Assembly (NCBI GenBank): GCA_963728155.1
Contig: CAVSJF010000025.1
Coordinates: forward strand, 5,405-69,404
DNA: 64,000 nucleotides
Source: an uncultured Thermoleophilaceae bacterium
Lineage (GTDB): Bacteria; Actinomycetota; Thermoleophilia; Solirubrobacterales; Thermoleophilaceae
Direction: 5' to 3'
The notes beneath the pieces are model-generated. The model made no database searches. It saw only the letters and a program-made list of their open reading frames with translations, and was not told the DNA's origin. Of the stretch, positions 54,000 through 63,203 are shown one piece after another; the first letter of the stretch is position 1, and each line of letters begins with the position of its first letter. The translations under genes were made by a program, and so were the position numbers.

Positions 54000-54877
54000 G
54001 CGTCGAGATAAGCCATCCCGACAAGGTGCTGTTCCCCGAGGACGGGATCACCAAGGGGGAGCTGGCCGATTACTACGAGCAGGCGGCGGAGTGGATGCTG
54101 CCCCACATCGAGGGCCGGCCGCTCAGCTTGCAGCGCTTTCCCGCGGGAATAGGCCAGCGCGGCTTCTTCCACAAGGACGCGCCCGACTACTTCCCCGCGT
54201 GGGTGCGGCGCGTGAAGGCGGCCAAGCACGGCGGGAGCGTGACCCACGCCATCGCGAGCGACACCCGGACGCTGGTGTACCTGGCCAACCAGAACACCAT
54301 CACGCCGCACATCTGGCTGTCGCGCGCGGACCGGATCGACCGGCCCGACCGCCTCGTGATCGACCTCGATCCGGCGCCGGGAAGCGACTTCGCCGATGTC
54401 CGGCGCGCCGCTCGCAGTGCGGGCGACCTCCTGCGCGACGTGGGCCTCGAGCCCTACGCGCAGGTCACGGGCTCCAAGGGGATCCACGTGTGGACGCCGA
54501 TCCAGCGCCGCGCGGACTTCGATCACGTGAAGGAGTTCGCGGACGAGCTGGCCGAGCTGCTGGCCAACCGCGATCCCGACACCCTGACCACCGAGTTCCG
54601 CAAGGAGAAGCGCGAAGGGCGGATCCTGGTCGACGTGCTGCGCAACCGTTACGCACAGACCGTCGTGCCGCCCTACGCCGTGCGCCCCCGCGCCGGAGCG
54701 CCCGTGGCCACCCCGATCGAGTGGAGCGAGCTGTCCGACTCGAAGCTGCGCCCCGATCGATGGACGGTCCGGACGGTGCTGCGGCGCCTAGGGCGCAAGG
54801 GCGATCCCTGGGCGGACATGCAGGGCGAGGCGCGCGGTCTGTCGCAGCCCCGCAAACGCCTGCGGGCGCTGGCCTGA
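53996..54877 (+). CDS. ligD: non-homologous end-joining polymerase/primase (LigD Pol domain, stand-alone)
   Basis: GTGA overlap with the ligase gene. ISHPDKVLFPEDGITKGELADYY, LVIDLDP, VTGSKGIHVW, ILVDVLRN. Confidence 0.9.
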   Translation: MSVEISHPDKVLFPEDGITKGELADYYEQAAEWMLPHIEGRPLSLQRFPAGIGQRGFFHKDAPDYFPAWVRRVKAAKHGGSVTHAIASDTRTLVYLANQNTITPHIWLSRADRIDRPDRLVIDLDPAPGSDFADVRRAARSAGDLLRDVGLEPYAQVTGSKGIHVWTPIQRRADFDHVKEFADELAELLANRDPDTLTTEFRKEKREGRILVDVLRNRYAQTVVPPYAVRPRAGAPVATPIEWSELSDSKLRPDRWTVRTVLRRLGRKGDPWADMQGEARGLSQPRKRLRALA

Positions 54878-54917
54878 TCCCCCGTTTAGCAGCACTCGGC
54901 GGGGGTAGACCAAACCT

Positions 54918-55979
54918 ATGCCGACGACGGGCGATTCCGCCGAGCGCCGGCTCGAGGCGCTGATCGAGCGCGGCGAGGACAGGGGATGCGTGAACCTCTC
55001 CGACTTCTCGGAGCTGGTGTCCGAGCTGGGCCTCCCCGAGGAGGAGAACGAAGCGCTGCACGATCAGCTCGAGGCGCGCGGCGTCGTGCTGACCGACGAC
55101 TGCGGCCAGGGCCCGCCGGCCGGGCCGGTCTACAACCACGACGCGCTCGCCACGCTGACCAGCGACGCGCTGCAGCTCTTCCTGCGCGACGTCCGCCGTC
55201 ACCCGCTGCTCACCGCCGCGGAGGAGGTGGAGCTCGCGCAGCGCATCGAGCGCGGGGACCTCGAGGCCAAGGAGCGGATGGTCAACTCCAACCTGCGATT
55301 GGTCGTGTCGCTGGCCAAGAAGTACCAGGGTCACGAGCTGGCTCTGCTCGACCTCATCCAGGAGGGCATCCTCGGGCTGATCCGAGCCGCCGAGAAGTTC
55401 GACTGGCGTAAGGGCTACAAGTTCTCGACCTACGCGACCTTCTGGATCCGCCAGGCGATCCAGCGCGGGCTGGCCAACCAGGGCCGCACTATCCGCATCC
55501 CCGTGCACATCGGCCAGCGCGAGCGAAAGATCGCTCGCGTCGAGCGCGAGCTGGCGGCCCGGCACGGCCGCCCGCCCTCCGACGAGGAGATCGCCGCCGC
55601 CGCGGATCTCACCCTGATCGAGCTGCACGAGACGCGCGAGGCCCTCCGCACAATCACGAGCCTCGAACGCACGGTCGGCGAGGAGGGCCAGACCGAGCTC
55701 GGCGACCTGCTGGCGAGCAACGAGCCCGAGCCCCACCAGGAGGTGGAGATCGGACTGCGAGACCGCACCGTGCGCGAGGCGCTGGAGCAGCTGCCGGAGC
55801 AGGAGCGCCGGGTGATCAAGCTGCGCTACGGCATCGGCGGCCAGGACCCGACCGCGCTGCGGGAGGCGGGCCGCCTGATGGGCCTCTCGCCGGAGCGGGT
55901 GCGCCGCATCGAGCACAAGGCGCTCGAGCACCTGGCCGAGATACGAGAGGTGGCGGCCCTGTCCGAGGCTCCCTGGTAG
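54918..55979 (+). CDS. sigma-70 family RNA polymerase sigma factor, group 1/2 (principal-like)
   Basis: Regions 1.2 to 4 are recognisable: [104 protein letters not shown]...[23 protein letters not shown]. Confidence 0.9.
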   Translation: MPTTGDSAERRLEALIERGEDRGCVNLSDFSELVSELGLPEEENEALHDQLEARGVVLTDDCGQGPPAGPVYNHDALATLTSDALQLFLRDVRRHPLLTAAEEVELAQRIERGDLEAKERMVNSNLRLVVSLAKKYQGHELALLDLIQEGILGLIRAAEKFDWRKGYKFSTYATFWIRQAIQRGLANQGRTIRIPVHIGQRERKIARVERELAARHGRPPSDEEIAAAADLTLIELHETREALRTITSLERTVGEEGQTELGDLLASNEPEPHQEVEIGLRDRTVREALEQLPEQERRVIKLRYGIGGQDPTALREAGRLMGLSPERVRRIEHKALEHLAEIREVAALSEAPW

Positions 55980-56218
55980 TGCCCAACCCCGAGCAGGAAC
56001 AGGCCCGGATTCGCGAGAACATCGAGCGCACCCGCGCCGAGCTCGGGCAGACGGTCGAGGCGCTGGCCCAGAAGGCCGACGTCAAGGCCCAAGCACAGGC
56101 CAAGGCACAGGAGCTCCAGCGCAGGCTCCCCGAGCCGCTGCGCGACAAGCCGGTCCTCCCGGTGGCCGCGGGCATCGGGGTGGCCTTGGTCGCGCTGTGG
56201 CTCATCAGGAGGCGCTAG
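55979..56218 (+). CDS. DUF3618-like small membrane-anchored protein
   Basis: The GTG overlaps the sigma stop by 1 nt. PEQEQARIRENIERTRAELGQTVEALAQKADVK... C-terminal TM PVAAGIGVALVALWLIRRR. Confidence 0.7.
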   Translation: MPNPEQEQARIRENIERTRAELGQTVEALAQKADVKAQAQAKAQELQRRLPEPLRDKPVLPVAAGIGVALVALWLIRRR

Positions 56219-56220
56219 CG

Positions 56221-57126
56221 ATGTCCTGGGGCGGAGTCCTCAAGCGCACCTTCAAGGAGTTCCAGCAGGACAACCTCACCGATTGGTCCGCGGCGCTCAC
56301 CTATTACGCAGTGCTGTCGATCTTCCCCGCATTGATCGTGCTCGTGTCGATTCTCGGGCTCATCGGGCCTTCGGCCACCGACCCGCTGCTCGAGAACCTC
56401 GAAACCGTCGCCCCGGGGCCCGCGAACGACATCCTCACCGACGCGATCGAGAACCTCCAGAGCAGCTCGGGAGCATCGGGGGTCGTCTTTGTCGTCGGCC
56501 TGGCCGCCGCGGTCTGGTCTGCCTCGGGCTACATCTCGGCCTTCATGCGCGCCTCGAACGTGATCTATGACATCGAGGAGGGGCGGCCGATCTGGAAGAC
56601 CCTCCCGGTGCGGGTGGGGCTGACCGTCCTGCTCATGGTGCTGACCGCCATCAGCTCGGTGGCGGTCACGCTCAGCGGCGGCCTCGCCCGAGAGGCCGGC
56701 GACCTCATCGGCGTCGGCGACACCGCGATCCAGGTGTGGAACATCGCCAAGTGGCCCGTCCTCCTGCTCCTCGTCAGCTTCATGTTCGCGGTGCTCTACT
56801 GGGCGGCGCCCAACGTCAAGCAGCCCGGCTTCAAGCTCATCTCCCCGGGCTCCGTGCTGGCCGTGATCGGCTGGCTCATCGCGTCCGCGGCCTTCGCGTT
56901 CTACGTGGGCAATTTCGGTTCCTACAACAAGGTCTACGGCGCGCTCGCGGGTCCGATCATCTTCCTCGTGTGGCTGTGGATCTCGAACATCATGATCCTG
57001 CTCGGGGCGGAGTTCAACGCGGAGCTCGAGCGCGGCCGCAAGATCGAGCAGGGCATGCGCCCGGAGGACAAGGAGCCTTACATGGAGCCGCGCGACACGC
57101 GCAAGATGGAGCAGAACAAGTCGTGA
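56221..57126 (+). CDS. YihY/BrkB-family membrane protein
   Basis: RBS AGGAGG. FKEFQQDNLTDWSAALTYYAVLSIFPALIVLV...YGALAGPIIFLVWLWISNIMILLGAEFNAEL. Confidence 0.9.
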   Translation: MSWGGVLKRTFKEFQQDNLTDWSAALTYYAVLSIFPALIVLVSILGLIGPSATDPLLENLETVAPGPANDILTDAIENLQSSSGASGVVFVVGLAAAVWSASGYISAFMRASNVIYDIEEGRPIWKTLPVRVGLTVLLMVLTAISSVAVTLSGGLAREAGDLIGVGDTAIQVWNIAKWPVLLLLVSFMFAVLYWAAPNVKQPGFKLISPGSVLAVIGWLIASAAFAFYVGNFGSYNKVYGALAGPIIFLVWLWISNIMILLGAEFNAELERGRKIEQGMRPEDKEPYMEPRDTRKMEQNKS

Positions 57127-57650
57127 GCGTCGAGGCCGGCGAGAAGCTGGCGGACGGAGTGTTCACGGGCTACGCCCCGCCCGAGCAACGGCCGTCGTTT
57201 GCGTCGCACGCCGCCTTCGCGGCGCTGTTCAACGGCGGCCTTGCCGCCGGAGTGCTCGCCGCGAGGCGCGCGGGCCACGAACTGCCCGATCGCCTCGACG
57301 AACGCGACCTTCTGCTGGTCGGCGTGGCCACCCACAAGCTGAGCCGGACGCTCGCCAAGGAGAAGGTCACCGTCTTTCTCCGCGCCCCCTTCACCGAGTT
57401 CGAGGCCAAGGGCGGGCCGGGCCAGGTGGAGGAGCGACCCCGCGGGGCCGGCTTTCGGCGCACGCTCGGCGAGCTCGTGACCTGTCCGTACTGCCTGAGC
57501 ATGTGGGTGTCCGGTGGCTTTCATCTCGGCCTGCTCACCGCGCCGCGCGCGACGCGCTTCGCCGCCTCCGTCCTTGTCGCGGTCACGATCTCCGACTTCC
57601 TGCAGCTCGCGCACCGGGCGGCTGAGCGCTCGCCCCAGGACTCCGCGTAG
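57123..57650 (+). CDS. DUF1360-like membrane protein
   Basis: GTGA overlap. GVATHKLSRTLAKEKVT...LGELVTCPYCLSMWVSG. Confidence 0.7.
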   Translation: MSVEAGEKLADGVFTGYAPPEQRPSFASHAAFAALFNGGLAAGVLAARRAGHELPDRLDERDLLLVGVATHKLSRTLAKEKVTVFLRAPFTEFEAKGGPGQVEERPRGAGFRRTLGELVTCPYCLSMWVSGGFHLGLLTAPRATRFAASVLVAVTISDFLQLAHRAAERSPQDSA

Positions 57651-57660
57651 CCTGAGGCCC

Positions 57661-58446
57661 TTGGCCGATCCCCTGCCCGACGCGGAGATAGATCGCCTCT
57701 ACGGCCTGCCGCTCGACGAATTCGTCGCCCAGCGTGACGCCCTGGCCAAGAGGCTGCGGGGCGACGGCGAGAAAGACGCCGCGGCCGCCGTCAAAGCGCT
57801 TCGGAAGCCCACCGCCGGGGCCTGGGCGCTCAACCAGGCCGTGCGCCGAAGGCGTGCCGAAACCGACGCCCTGCTGAAAGCCGGTGAGCGCCTGCGCGCC
57901 GCCCACGCGAGCCTGCTGGCGGGCGGCGACCGCGCGGAGCTGCGGGCGGCGATGAACGATCAACGCGAGCTGGCGGCGGCCCTGGCCGACTGTGCCGAGG
58001 CGATCGCCAGCGAGACGGGGAAGAGCGGCCCGGCTCTAAAGGAACGCGTGCGGGCGACGCTGCATGCGGCGGCACTCGACGACGACATCCGCGAGGAACT
58101 GGACCGCGGCCGCCTGGTGCGCGAGCGCGAGGCGGTGGGGTTGGGAGCGGCCTTCTCGGCGCCGGCCGCGGCCTCCGAGGGCCGCCGCGCCGGGGCCCGT
58201 GAGCCCTCCAAACGGGAGAGCAAGCGCTCGGCCGACCGAGCGGAGGCCGAGCGGCGGCTCGAAGAGGCCCAGGCGGACCGTGACCAGGCCGACGAGGCCG
58301 CTCAGGAGGCCTCGAATCGCGTGGACGCGGCGCGAGCCGCATTGAGCAAGGCCGAGGCCGCGCAGCGTGAGGCGGCCCGCCTGGTGCGCGACCGCGAGAA
58401 GGAGCGGGCCAAGCGCGAGCGGGCCTTCCGGCGGCTCCAGGACTGA
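57661..58446 (+). CDS. hypothetical protein with an Ala/Arg/Glu-rich coiled-coil C-terminus
   Basis: TTG 57661 gives LADPLPDAEIDRLYGLPLDEFVAQRDALAKRLRGDGEKDAAAAVKALRKP... The upstream part of the ORF overlaps the DUF1360 gene. Confidence 0.6.
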   Translation: MADPLPDAEIDRLYGLPLDEFVAQRDALAKRLRGDGEKDAAAAVKALRKPTAGAWALNQAVRRRRAETDALLKAGERLRAAHASLLAGGDRAELRAAMNDQRELAAALADCAEAIASETGKSGPALKERVRATLHAAALDDDIREELDRGRLVREREAVGLGAAFSAPAAASEGRRAGAREPSKRESKRSADRAEAERRLEEAQADRDQADEAAQEASNRVDAARAALSKAEAAQREAARLVRDREKERAKRERAFRRLQD

Positions 58447-58451
58447 GCGAC

Positions 58452-58476
58452 ATTTTGGCGGCCTGCGCCTAGGGAG
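58452..58476 (+). promoter_or_regulatory. candidate SigB/F-type promoter aTTTTGG-N13-GGGAG upstream of the first sigma paralog
   Basis: The same bipartite motif recurs upstream of the second paralog (59380-59403). It lies 74 nt before ATG 58550. Confidence 0.4.
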
Positions 58477-58549
58477 CGAGCCTGGGCATGGGCTAGACTT
58501 CCGGTCCTGGGGACGTTCGCGAGTCGTGGCGGCTGGGCGGCGGACCGAC

Positions 58550-59338
58550 ATGCAATTCAACCTTGCGTTGGAGGTCTGGTCCCCCTTGTCGGCTGCAGCA
58601 CGATCTTTTGACCGAGAAGCTGAGGAGCAGCTTCTTGTTCGCTACCACCGCGACGGCGATCTGCACGCGCGGGAGGAGTTGACGCGCAGGCTGATGCCGC
58701 TGGCGCGCGACCTCGCGTCGCGTTACGCGAACAGCGGGGAGCCGCTGGATGACCTCACCCAGGTGGCTTACATGGGTCTGCTTAAGGCGATCGATCGCTA
58801 TGACCCCGAGCGCAGCAGCGGCTTCGTCGCGTACGCGGTCCCCACCATCAGGGGCGAGCTCAAGCGCCACTTTCGCGACAAGGGGTGGGCGATGCGCGTA
58901 CCGCGCGACCTGCAGGAGCGGGCCCTGGCCGTGCGGCGGGCGCGGGAGGCGCTCGAGGGCCGTCTGGGCCGCTCACCGACGGTGCGCGAGGTCGCCGCCG
59001 AGCTTGACTGCGACACAGAGCAGGTGCTGGAGGCCACCCTGGCCTCCAGCCACTACAGCGTGGCCTCGCTCGACGCCCCACCGGCCCGAGACGAGGACGA
59101 CGCGGGCTCACTGGTGGAGCTGATCGGCTCTCCCGACGACACCTACTCCGCAGTCGAGGAGCGCGAAGTGATCGCGGGCAACTGGAGGGAGCTGAGCGAC
59201 CTGGAGCGCAAAGTCGTGTCCCTGCGCCTGGTCGACGACCTCCCCCAACGCGAGATCGGAAAGCGCGTCGGCTTCTCCCAAATGCACATCTCACGCGTGC
59301 TACGCCGCGCCATGGAACACCTCACGCCCGCGGCGTAG
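58550..59338 (+). CDS. sigma-70 family sigma factor, SigB/SigF/SigG-like (group 3)
   Basis: LLVRYHRDGDLHAREELTRRLMPLARDLASRY, FVAYAVPTIRGELKRHFRDKGWAMRVPRDLQE, REIGKRVGFSQMHISRVLRRAM. Confidence 0.9.
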   Translation: MQFNLALEVWSPLSAAARSFDREAEEQLLVRYHRDGDLHAREELTRRLMPLARDLASRYANSGEPLDDLTQVAYMGLLKAIDRYDPERSSGFVAYAVPTIRGELKRHFRDKGWAMRVPRDLQERALAVRRAREALEGRLGRSPTVREVAAELDCDTEQVLEATLASSHYSVASLDAPPARDEDDAGSLVELIGSPDDTYSAVEEREVIAGNWRELSDLERKVVSLRLVDDLPQREIGKRVGFSQMHISRVLRRAMEHLTPAA

Positions 59339-59379
59339 GGCAGTAGCCGAACCCGGCTTGAGAAAACCCGCCAGTTTCC

Positions 59380-59403
59380 GTTTTGGAACAGCGACGAAGG
59401 GAC
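59380..59403 (+). promoter_or_regulatory. candidate SigB/F-type promoter gTTTTGG-N12-GGGAC upstream of the second sigma paralog
   Basis: Located in a 170-nt, locally AT-richer intergenic region, 106 nt before ATG 59509. Confidence 0.4.
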
Positions 59404-59508
59404 ACAATCCACTCAGGTCAGTAAGAGGGGGACGATGCGTGGCCGGCCTTGGTCGGACGGGCCACAACTCGGACCGAACGTCAGGTAAATGCCGACGGAG
59501 GTCTACAG

Positions 59509-60318
59509 ATGAACGCAGTCGCGGTTGCCGGCCCGCCGGTGCTTCGGCTCTATCGCGGCGGGGCTTCGAGCCGCAAGGAGGAGCGGGAAGTCGAGCGCGA
59601 GCTGCTCGTCCGCTATCACCACGACGGCGACCTGGCCGCGCGCGAGGAATTGGCGAAGCGCTTCCTGCCGCTGGCCCGTGACCTGGCCCTCCGCTACAGC
59701 TACACGGACGAGTCCTTCGACGACCTGCTCCAGGTGGCAAGCCTGGGACTGGTCAAGGCCATCGATCGCTTCGAGCCCGGGCGGGGAACGAAGTTCTCGA
59801 GCTACGCCGCGCCCACCATCCTGGGTGAGCTCAAGCGCCATTTCCGCGACAAGGGCTGGGCGCTCCACGTGCCGCGCGACCTCCAGGAGCGCACGCTCGC
59901 CGTGAATCGCGAGACCGAGCTGCTGTCCAAGTCACTCGGCCGCTCCCCCCGGGTCTGTGAGGTGGCGAAGTCGCTCGGCTGCTCGGTCGAGAAGGTGCTC
60001 GAGGCCCAGGAGGCGGCCGCGAGCTACGAGGCTGCGTCGCTGAACGCCCCGACCTCGCGCGACGACGACGAAGCGGGCGAGCTGGTCGACCAGCTGGGCG
60101 GCGAAGATCGGGCGTTCGAGCTCGTGGAGAGTCGCGACGCGATCGCGAGCACCTGGCGGGCGCTGCCGGAGGTGGAGCGCCAGGTCCTCGAGCTGCGCTT
60201 CATGCACGATCTGACCCAGCGCGAGATCGGCGACCGGATCGGGTACTCGCAGATGCACGTGTCGCGCCTGCTGCGGCGGGCGCTCAAGCGCCTTGAGACT
60301 GCTGCAGCTGCCGCTTGA
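59509..60318 (+). CDS. sigma-70 family sigma factor, SigB/SigF/SigG-like (group 3), tandem paralog
   Basis: LLVRYHHDGDLAAREELAKRFLPLARDLALRY, FSSYAAPTILGELKRHFRDKGWALHVPRDLQE, REIGDRIGYSQMHVSRLLRRAL. By eye, more than half the residues are identical to the upstream paralog. Confidence 0.9.
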   Translation: MNAVAVAGPPVLRLYRGGASSRKEEREVERELLVRYHHDGDLAAREELAKRFLPLARDLALRYSYTDESFDDLLQVASLGLVKAIDRFEPGRGTKFSSYAAPTILGELKRHFRDKGWALHVPRDLQERTLAVNRETELLSKSLGRSPRVCEVAKSLGCSVEKVLEAQEAAASYEAASLNAPTSRDDDEAGELVDQLGGEDRAFELVESRDAIASTWRALPEVERQVLELRFMHDLTQREIGDRIGYSQMHVSRLLRRALKRLETAAAAA

Positions 60319-61030
60319 GTTGGGTGGCGTTCGCCACCGCAAAGCCCTCCCAGTCGTTGTTGAAGTACACGAAGACCTCGGCTCGCCGCCGCCACCCGGC
60401 GATTCGCCGGACCCACTCGTCGACCTCCTGGGCGGAGTAGTTGCCCCGCCGGCCCCGATGGCCGTGATGTAGGCGCAGCAGGGTCCAGTCGGCGGTCAGC
60501 TCGCGGGCCTGGAAGGGCCACTTCGGATGATCGGCGATCACCAGGGCCGCGTGGCGTTCGCGCAGAATGTCGTAGACGCCGGGATCGAACCAGCTCTCGT
60601 GGCGAAACTCGAAGCAGTGGCGCCCTGCGGGCAGCAGGACGAGAAGCCTGGCCAGAGCCTCGTCGTCGCGCCGGAAGTTCGGCGGCAGCTGCCACACGAT
60701 CGGGCCCAGCTTGGGTGATTCAGCGAGTGGCTCGATGTGCTCGTAGTAGCGGCGAACGCCCTCCTCCACGTCACCCAGGCGGCGGACGTGGGTCAGGTAG
60801 CGGCTGGCTTTGGCCGCGAACACGAAGTCGTCCGGAGTCTGCTCGACCCAGCGCGCCACGGCCTTCGGCGAGGCCAGGCGGTAGAAGGTCGAGTTGACCT
60901 CGACGGTGTCGAAGACCTCGGCGTACCGGCTAAGCCAGCGCGCCTTGCCGAGCCCCTCGGGATAGAGCCGGCCCCGCCAGCTGTCGTAGTTCCAGCCCGA
61001 GCAGCCGACGCGCAGCGGCCGCGGGGTCAC
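60284..61030 (-). CDS. DUF72-family protein
   Basis: LRVGCSGWNYDSWRGRLYPEG...FDTVEVNSTFYRL...VFVYFNNDWEGFAVANA. The 3' end overlaps the convergent sigma gene by 35 nt. Confidence 0.85.
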   Translation of the reverse strand: MTPRPLRVGCSGWNYDSWRGRLYPEGLGKARWLSRYAEVFDTVEVNSTFYRLASPKAVARWVEQTPDDFVFAAKASRYLTHVRRLGDVEEGVRRYYEHIEPLAESPKLGPIVWQLPPNFRRDDEALARLLVLLPAGRHCFEFRHESWFDPGVYDILRERHAALVIADHPKWPFQARELTADWTLLRLHHGHRGRRGNYSAQEVDEWVRRIAGWRRRAEVFVYFNNDWEGFAVANATQLKRQLQQSQGA

Positions 61031-61968
61031 CGGCGCGGCAGGCCGCTCGTGTCGACGACCTCGAACGCGCTGCCCTGCACGCGGTCCAGCGAATGGAGGT
61101 CGTCGTTGTCCCAGCCCGGGTGTGGCGCTCCACTGACGAACCAGGGCGCGCCGTTGTCGGCGAGGATCATCCCGTAGCGCTTGAGCGCGCGCAGGACCAC
61201 ACGCGTCTGGCGCGGGAAACTCGAGATGTCGTAGCCGCGCTTAAGCCGCAGGCGCTGGCCCATCGCGGGCAGATTCGGGTCGGTCAGGTCGGAGGCGAAA
61301 TGCCGTGCCGGGTAGACGAACGCGCGCCGCGTCTGAGACGCGGTGAAGCGCAGGGCGTGGTCGATGCGCCCGCGCTTGACCTCGTCGAAGCGAGCGAGGC
61401 CGGGAAGGATGGGAAGCCCGGCGGCGTCGGCCGAGGTCCAGCCCCGCGGGCGCAGCCGGTTGGAGCGCAGGTTCCAGATCGCGCCTGAGCCCGCGCTCCA
61501 GCGCGCACCGCCGTCCTGCGGGTAGGCGGCGAAGAGCTCGTAGAGGCGGCAGCGCGACCGGTCGACGACGATCACGTGACGGTCGCCGTCGGAGTTCCGG
61601 CCGCCCTCGATCGGCGCCCCGGCGGGAATCGGATAGGGGCCGCGATCGGATTCGCTCGCGTACTCGAAAGACACCGGCACGCGCCCCTGACCCTTGCCGA
61701 CGGTGGTGTAAGGAATGCCGATCGGGCGGCCCTCGTAAAGACCCGAGCCGAAATCGGCGTGCATCGTGTCGTCGATCCCGATGGAGCGCACGATGGCGCC
61801 GGAGTTCGCGTGCACCGGCAGGCGGTCGACGCGCTGGTTCCAGTGGTTGCTCTTGGGGAACACCGGGCAGGCCCGCGCGCCGGGCAGCCGGCTGCCCTGG
61901 GTCGAGGGCGCCGCCAGGACTCCGGCGGCGAGCAGCCCGGCGGCCAACAGGAGGAGGGCCCGTTTCAG
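61027..61968 (-). CDS. secreted hypothetical protein; start is either CTG 61968 or TTG 61947
   Basis: The conserved-looking body is CPVFPKSNHWNQRVDRLPVH...WTSADAAGLPILPGLARFDEV...HALRFT. The n-region of the signal peptide, (L)KRALLLL, lies upstream of TTG 61947 and begins with a CTG that overlaps the cupin stop (CTGA). Confidence 0.7.
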   Translation of the reverse strand: MKRALLLLAAGLLAAGVLAAPSTQGSRLPGARACPVFPKSNHWNQRVDRLPVHANSGAIVRSIGIDDTMHADFGSGLYEGRPIGIPYTTVGKGQGRVPVSFEYASESDRGPYPIPAGAPIEGGRNSDGDRHVIVVDRSRCRLYELFAAYPQDGGARWSAGSGAIWNLRSNRLRPRGWTSADAAGLPILPGLARFDEVKRGRIDHALRFTASQTRRAFVYPARHFASDLTDPNLPAMGQRLRLKRGYDISSFPRQTRVVLRALKRYGMILADNGAPWFVSGAPHPGWDNDDLHSLDRVQGSAFEVVDTSGLPRR

Positions 61969-62366
61969 CGCCTCGTCTCTCCCTCGGGCAGCCGTCCATC
62001 GCGGCCCACGTAGCCGTCCTTGCCCCCGGCGCAGAGGTACACGGCCGGCTCCTCACCCACGTTCTTGACCTTGCGGACGGTCGCCGGGTCGACGCGCGCG
62101 AGCCCGCCCGGCCCCAGGACGTGGGCCGAATCGTCGTTGAAGGTCATCTCGATGCGCCCGCGATGGACGAAGTACAGCTCTTCCTGCTCGTCGTGGAAGT
62201 GACTGCCGGTCTCGTAGCCGGGCGGAAGCTCGATCGCGTTGACCCCGAAGGCCGTGACGCCCAACTCGCGGCGGACCTTGCGAAATCCCGGCCCCTCGGA
62301 GAGGGCGTCGACGTTCGCGACGGCGTAGCCCTCGCCCTGCACCACCTCGTGGGTCTCATCAGCCAT
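61965..62366 (-). CDS. cupin-domain protein
   Basis: GVNAIELPPGYETGSHFHDEQEELYFVHRGRIEMTF. Confidence 0.8.
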   Translation of the reverse strand: MADETHEVVQGEGYAVANVDALSEGPGFRKVRRELGVTAFGVNAIELPPGYETGSHFHDEQEELYFVHRGRIEMTFNDDSAHVLGPGGLARVDPATVRKVKNVGEEPAVYLCAGGKDGYVGRDGRLPEGETRR

Positions 62367-62426
62367 GCCGGCCAGGGTAGCCCGAAGCAGCCGGCTCTGC
62401 CGGCTGCGCAGGGGGCGTTATCTGAG

Positions 62427-63203
62427 TCAGGCCGCGCGCTCGGCGGAGCGCAGCCCGCCACGCGCCCAGAGGGCGCTGACCGTCGCCAGCAGTAGCGCCA
62501 CGCCGAAGGCGGGCAGCACCTTGGTCGGGTCGCCTTCCAGGAATCCGCGAACCGCCTCGAGCACCAGGGTGACCGGATTGAACGACGCGGCCCCCTGCAC
62601 CCATCCGGTGAGCAGGTCGTAGGGAACCCAGACGGGCGCCAGGAAGAGCAGCAGGAACATCGGCATCTGCATCGCCGGCCCGGCCTGCATCGTGCGCAGG
62701 CGCATCGCCACGCCGGTGGCGAACAGCACGGCCGCGAAGTTGAGCAGGATCGCCAGCGTGTAAAGCCCGAGCAGGTCGACCGGCCCGCCGCTCACGTCGA
62801 GGCCCGCGATCAGCGCCACAACGGTGATGAGCGCGATCGTGAACAGGGCGCGCACGAGCGCCGAGAACCAGTACCCGGCCAAGATGCCGCCGCGATTGGT
62901 CGCGGCGAGCATGAGCCGCCGCGAGAAGCCGGACTCGAAGTCGCGGGCTACCGCGAAGCCCGTGAAGACACCGCCGAACATCGAGGCCTGCAGCAGAACG
63001 AAGCCGTACACGAAGGTCGTGTAGCCGGCCGCGTAGTCGAAGCCGGGGACCGAATCGACCCGGGACAGCCCGCCCGCGAAGGCGGTGAAGAAGAAGAGCG
63101 GGAACAGCAGTGCCGGGATCACCATCGCCGGGTTGGTGAAGAAGTTGTGGACGTTGCGCCAGGCCACGCCGCGGGCCACGGATAGGAATCCGCCGCGGCT
63201 CAC
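62427..63203 (-). CDS. ABC-2 type transporter permease
   Basis: 258 aa, six hydrophobic segments. GTGA-type overlap with the upstream paralog. Confidence 0.8.
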   Translation of the reverse strand: MSRGGFLSVARGVAWRNVHNFFTNPAMVIPALLFPLFFFTAFAGGLSRVDSVPGFDYAAGYTTFVYGFVLLQASMFGGVFTGFAVARDFESGFSRRLMLAATNRGGILAGYWFSALVRALFTIALITVVALIAGLDVSGGPVDLLGLYTLAILLNFAAVLFATGVAMRLRTMQAGPAMQMPMFLLLFLAPVWVPYDLLTGWVQGAASFNPVTLVLEAVRGFLEGDPTKVLPAFGVALLLATVSALWARGGLRSAERAA

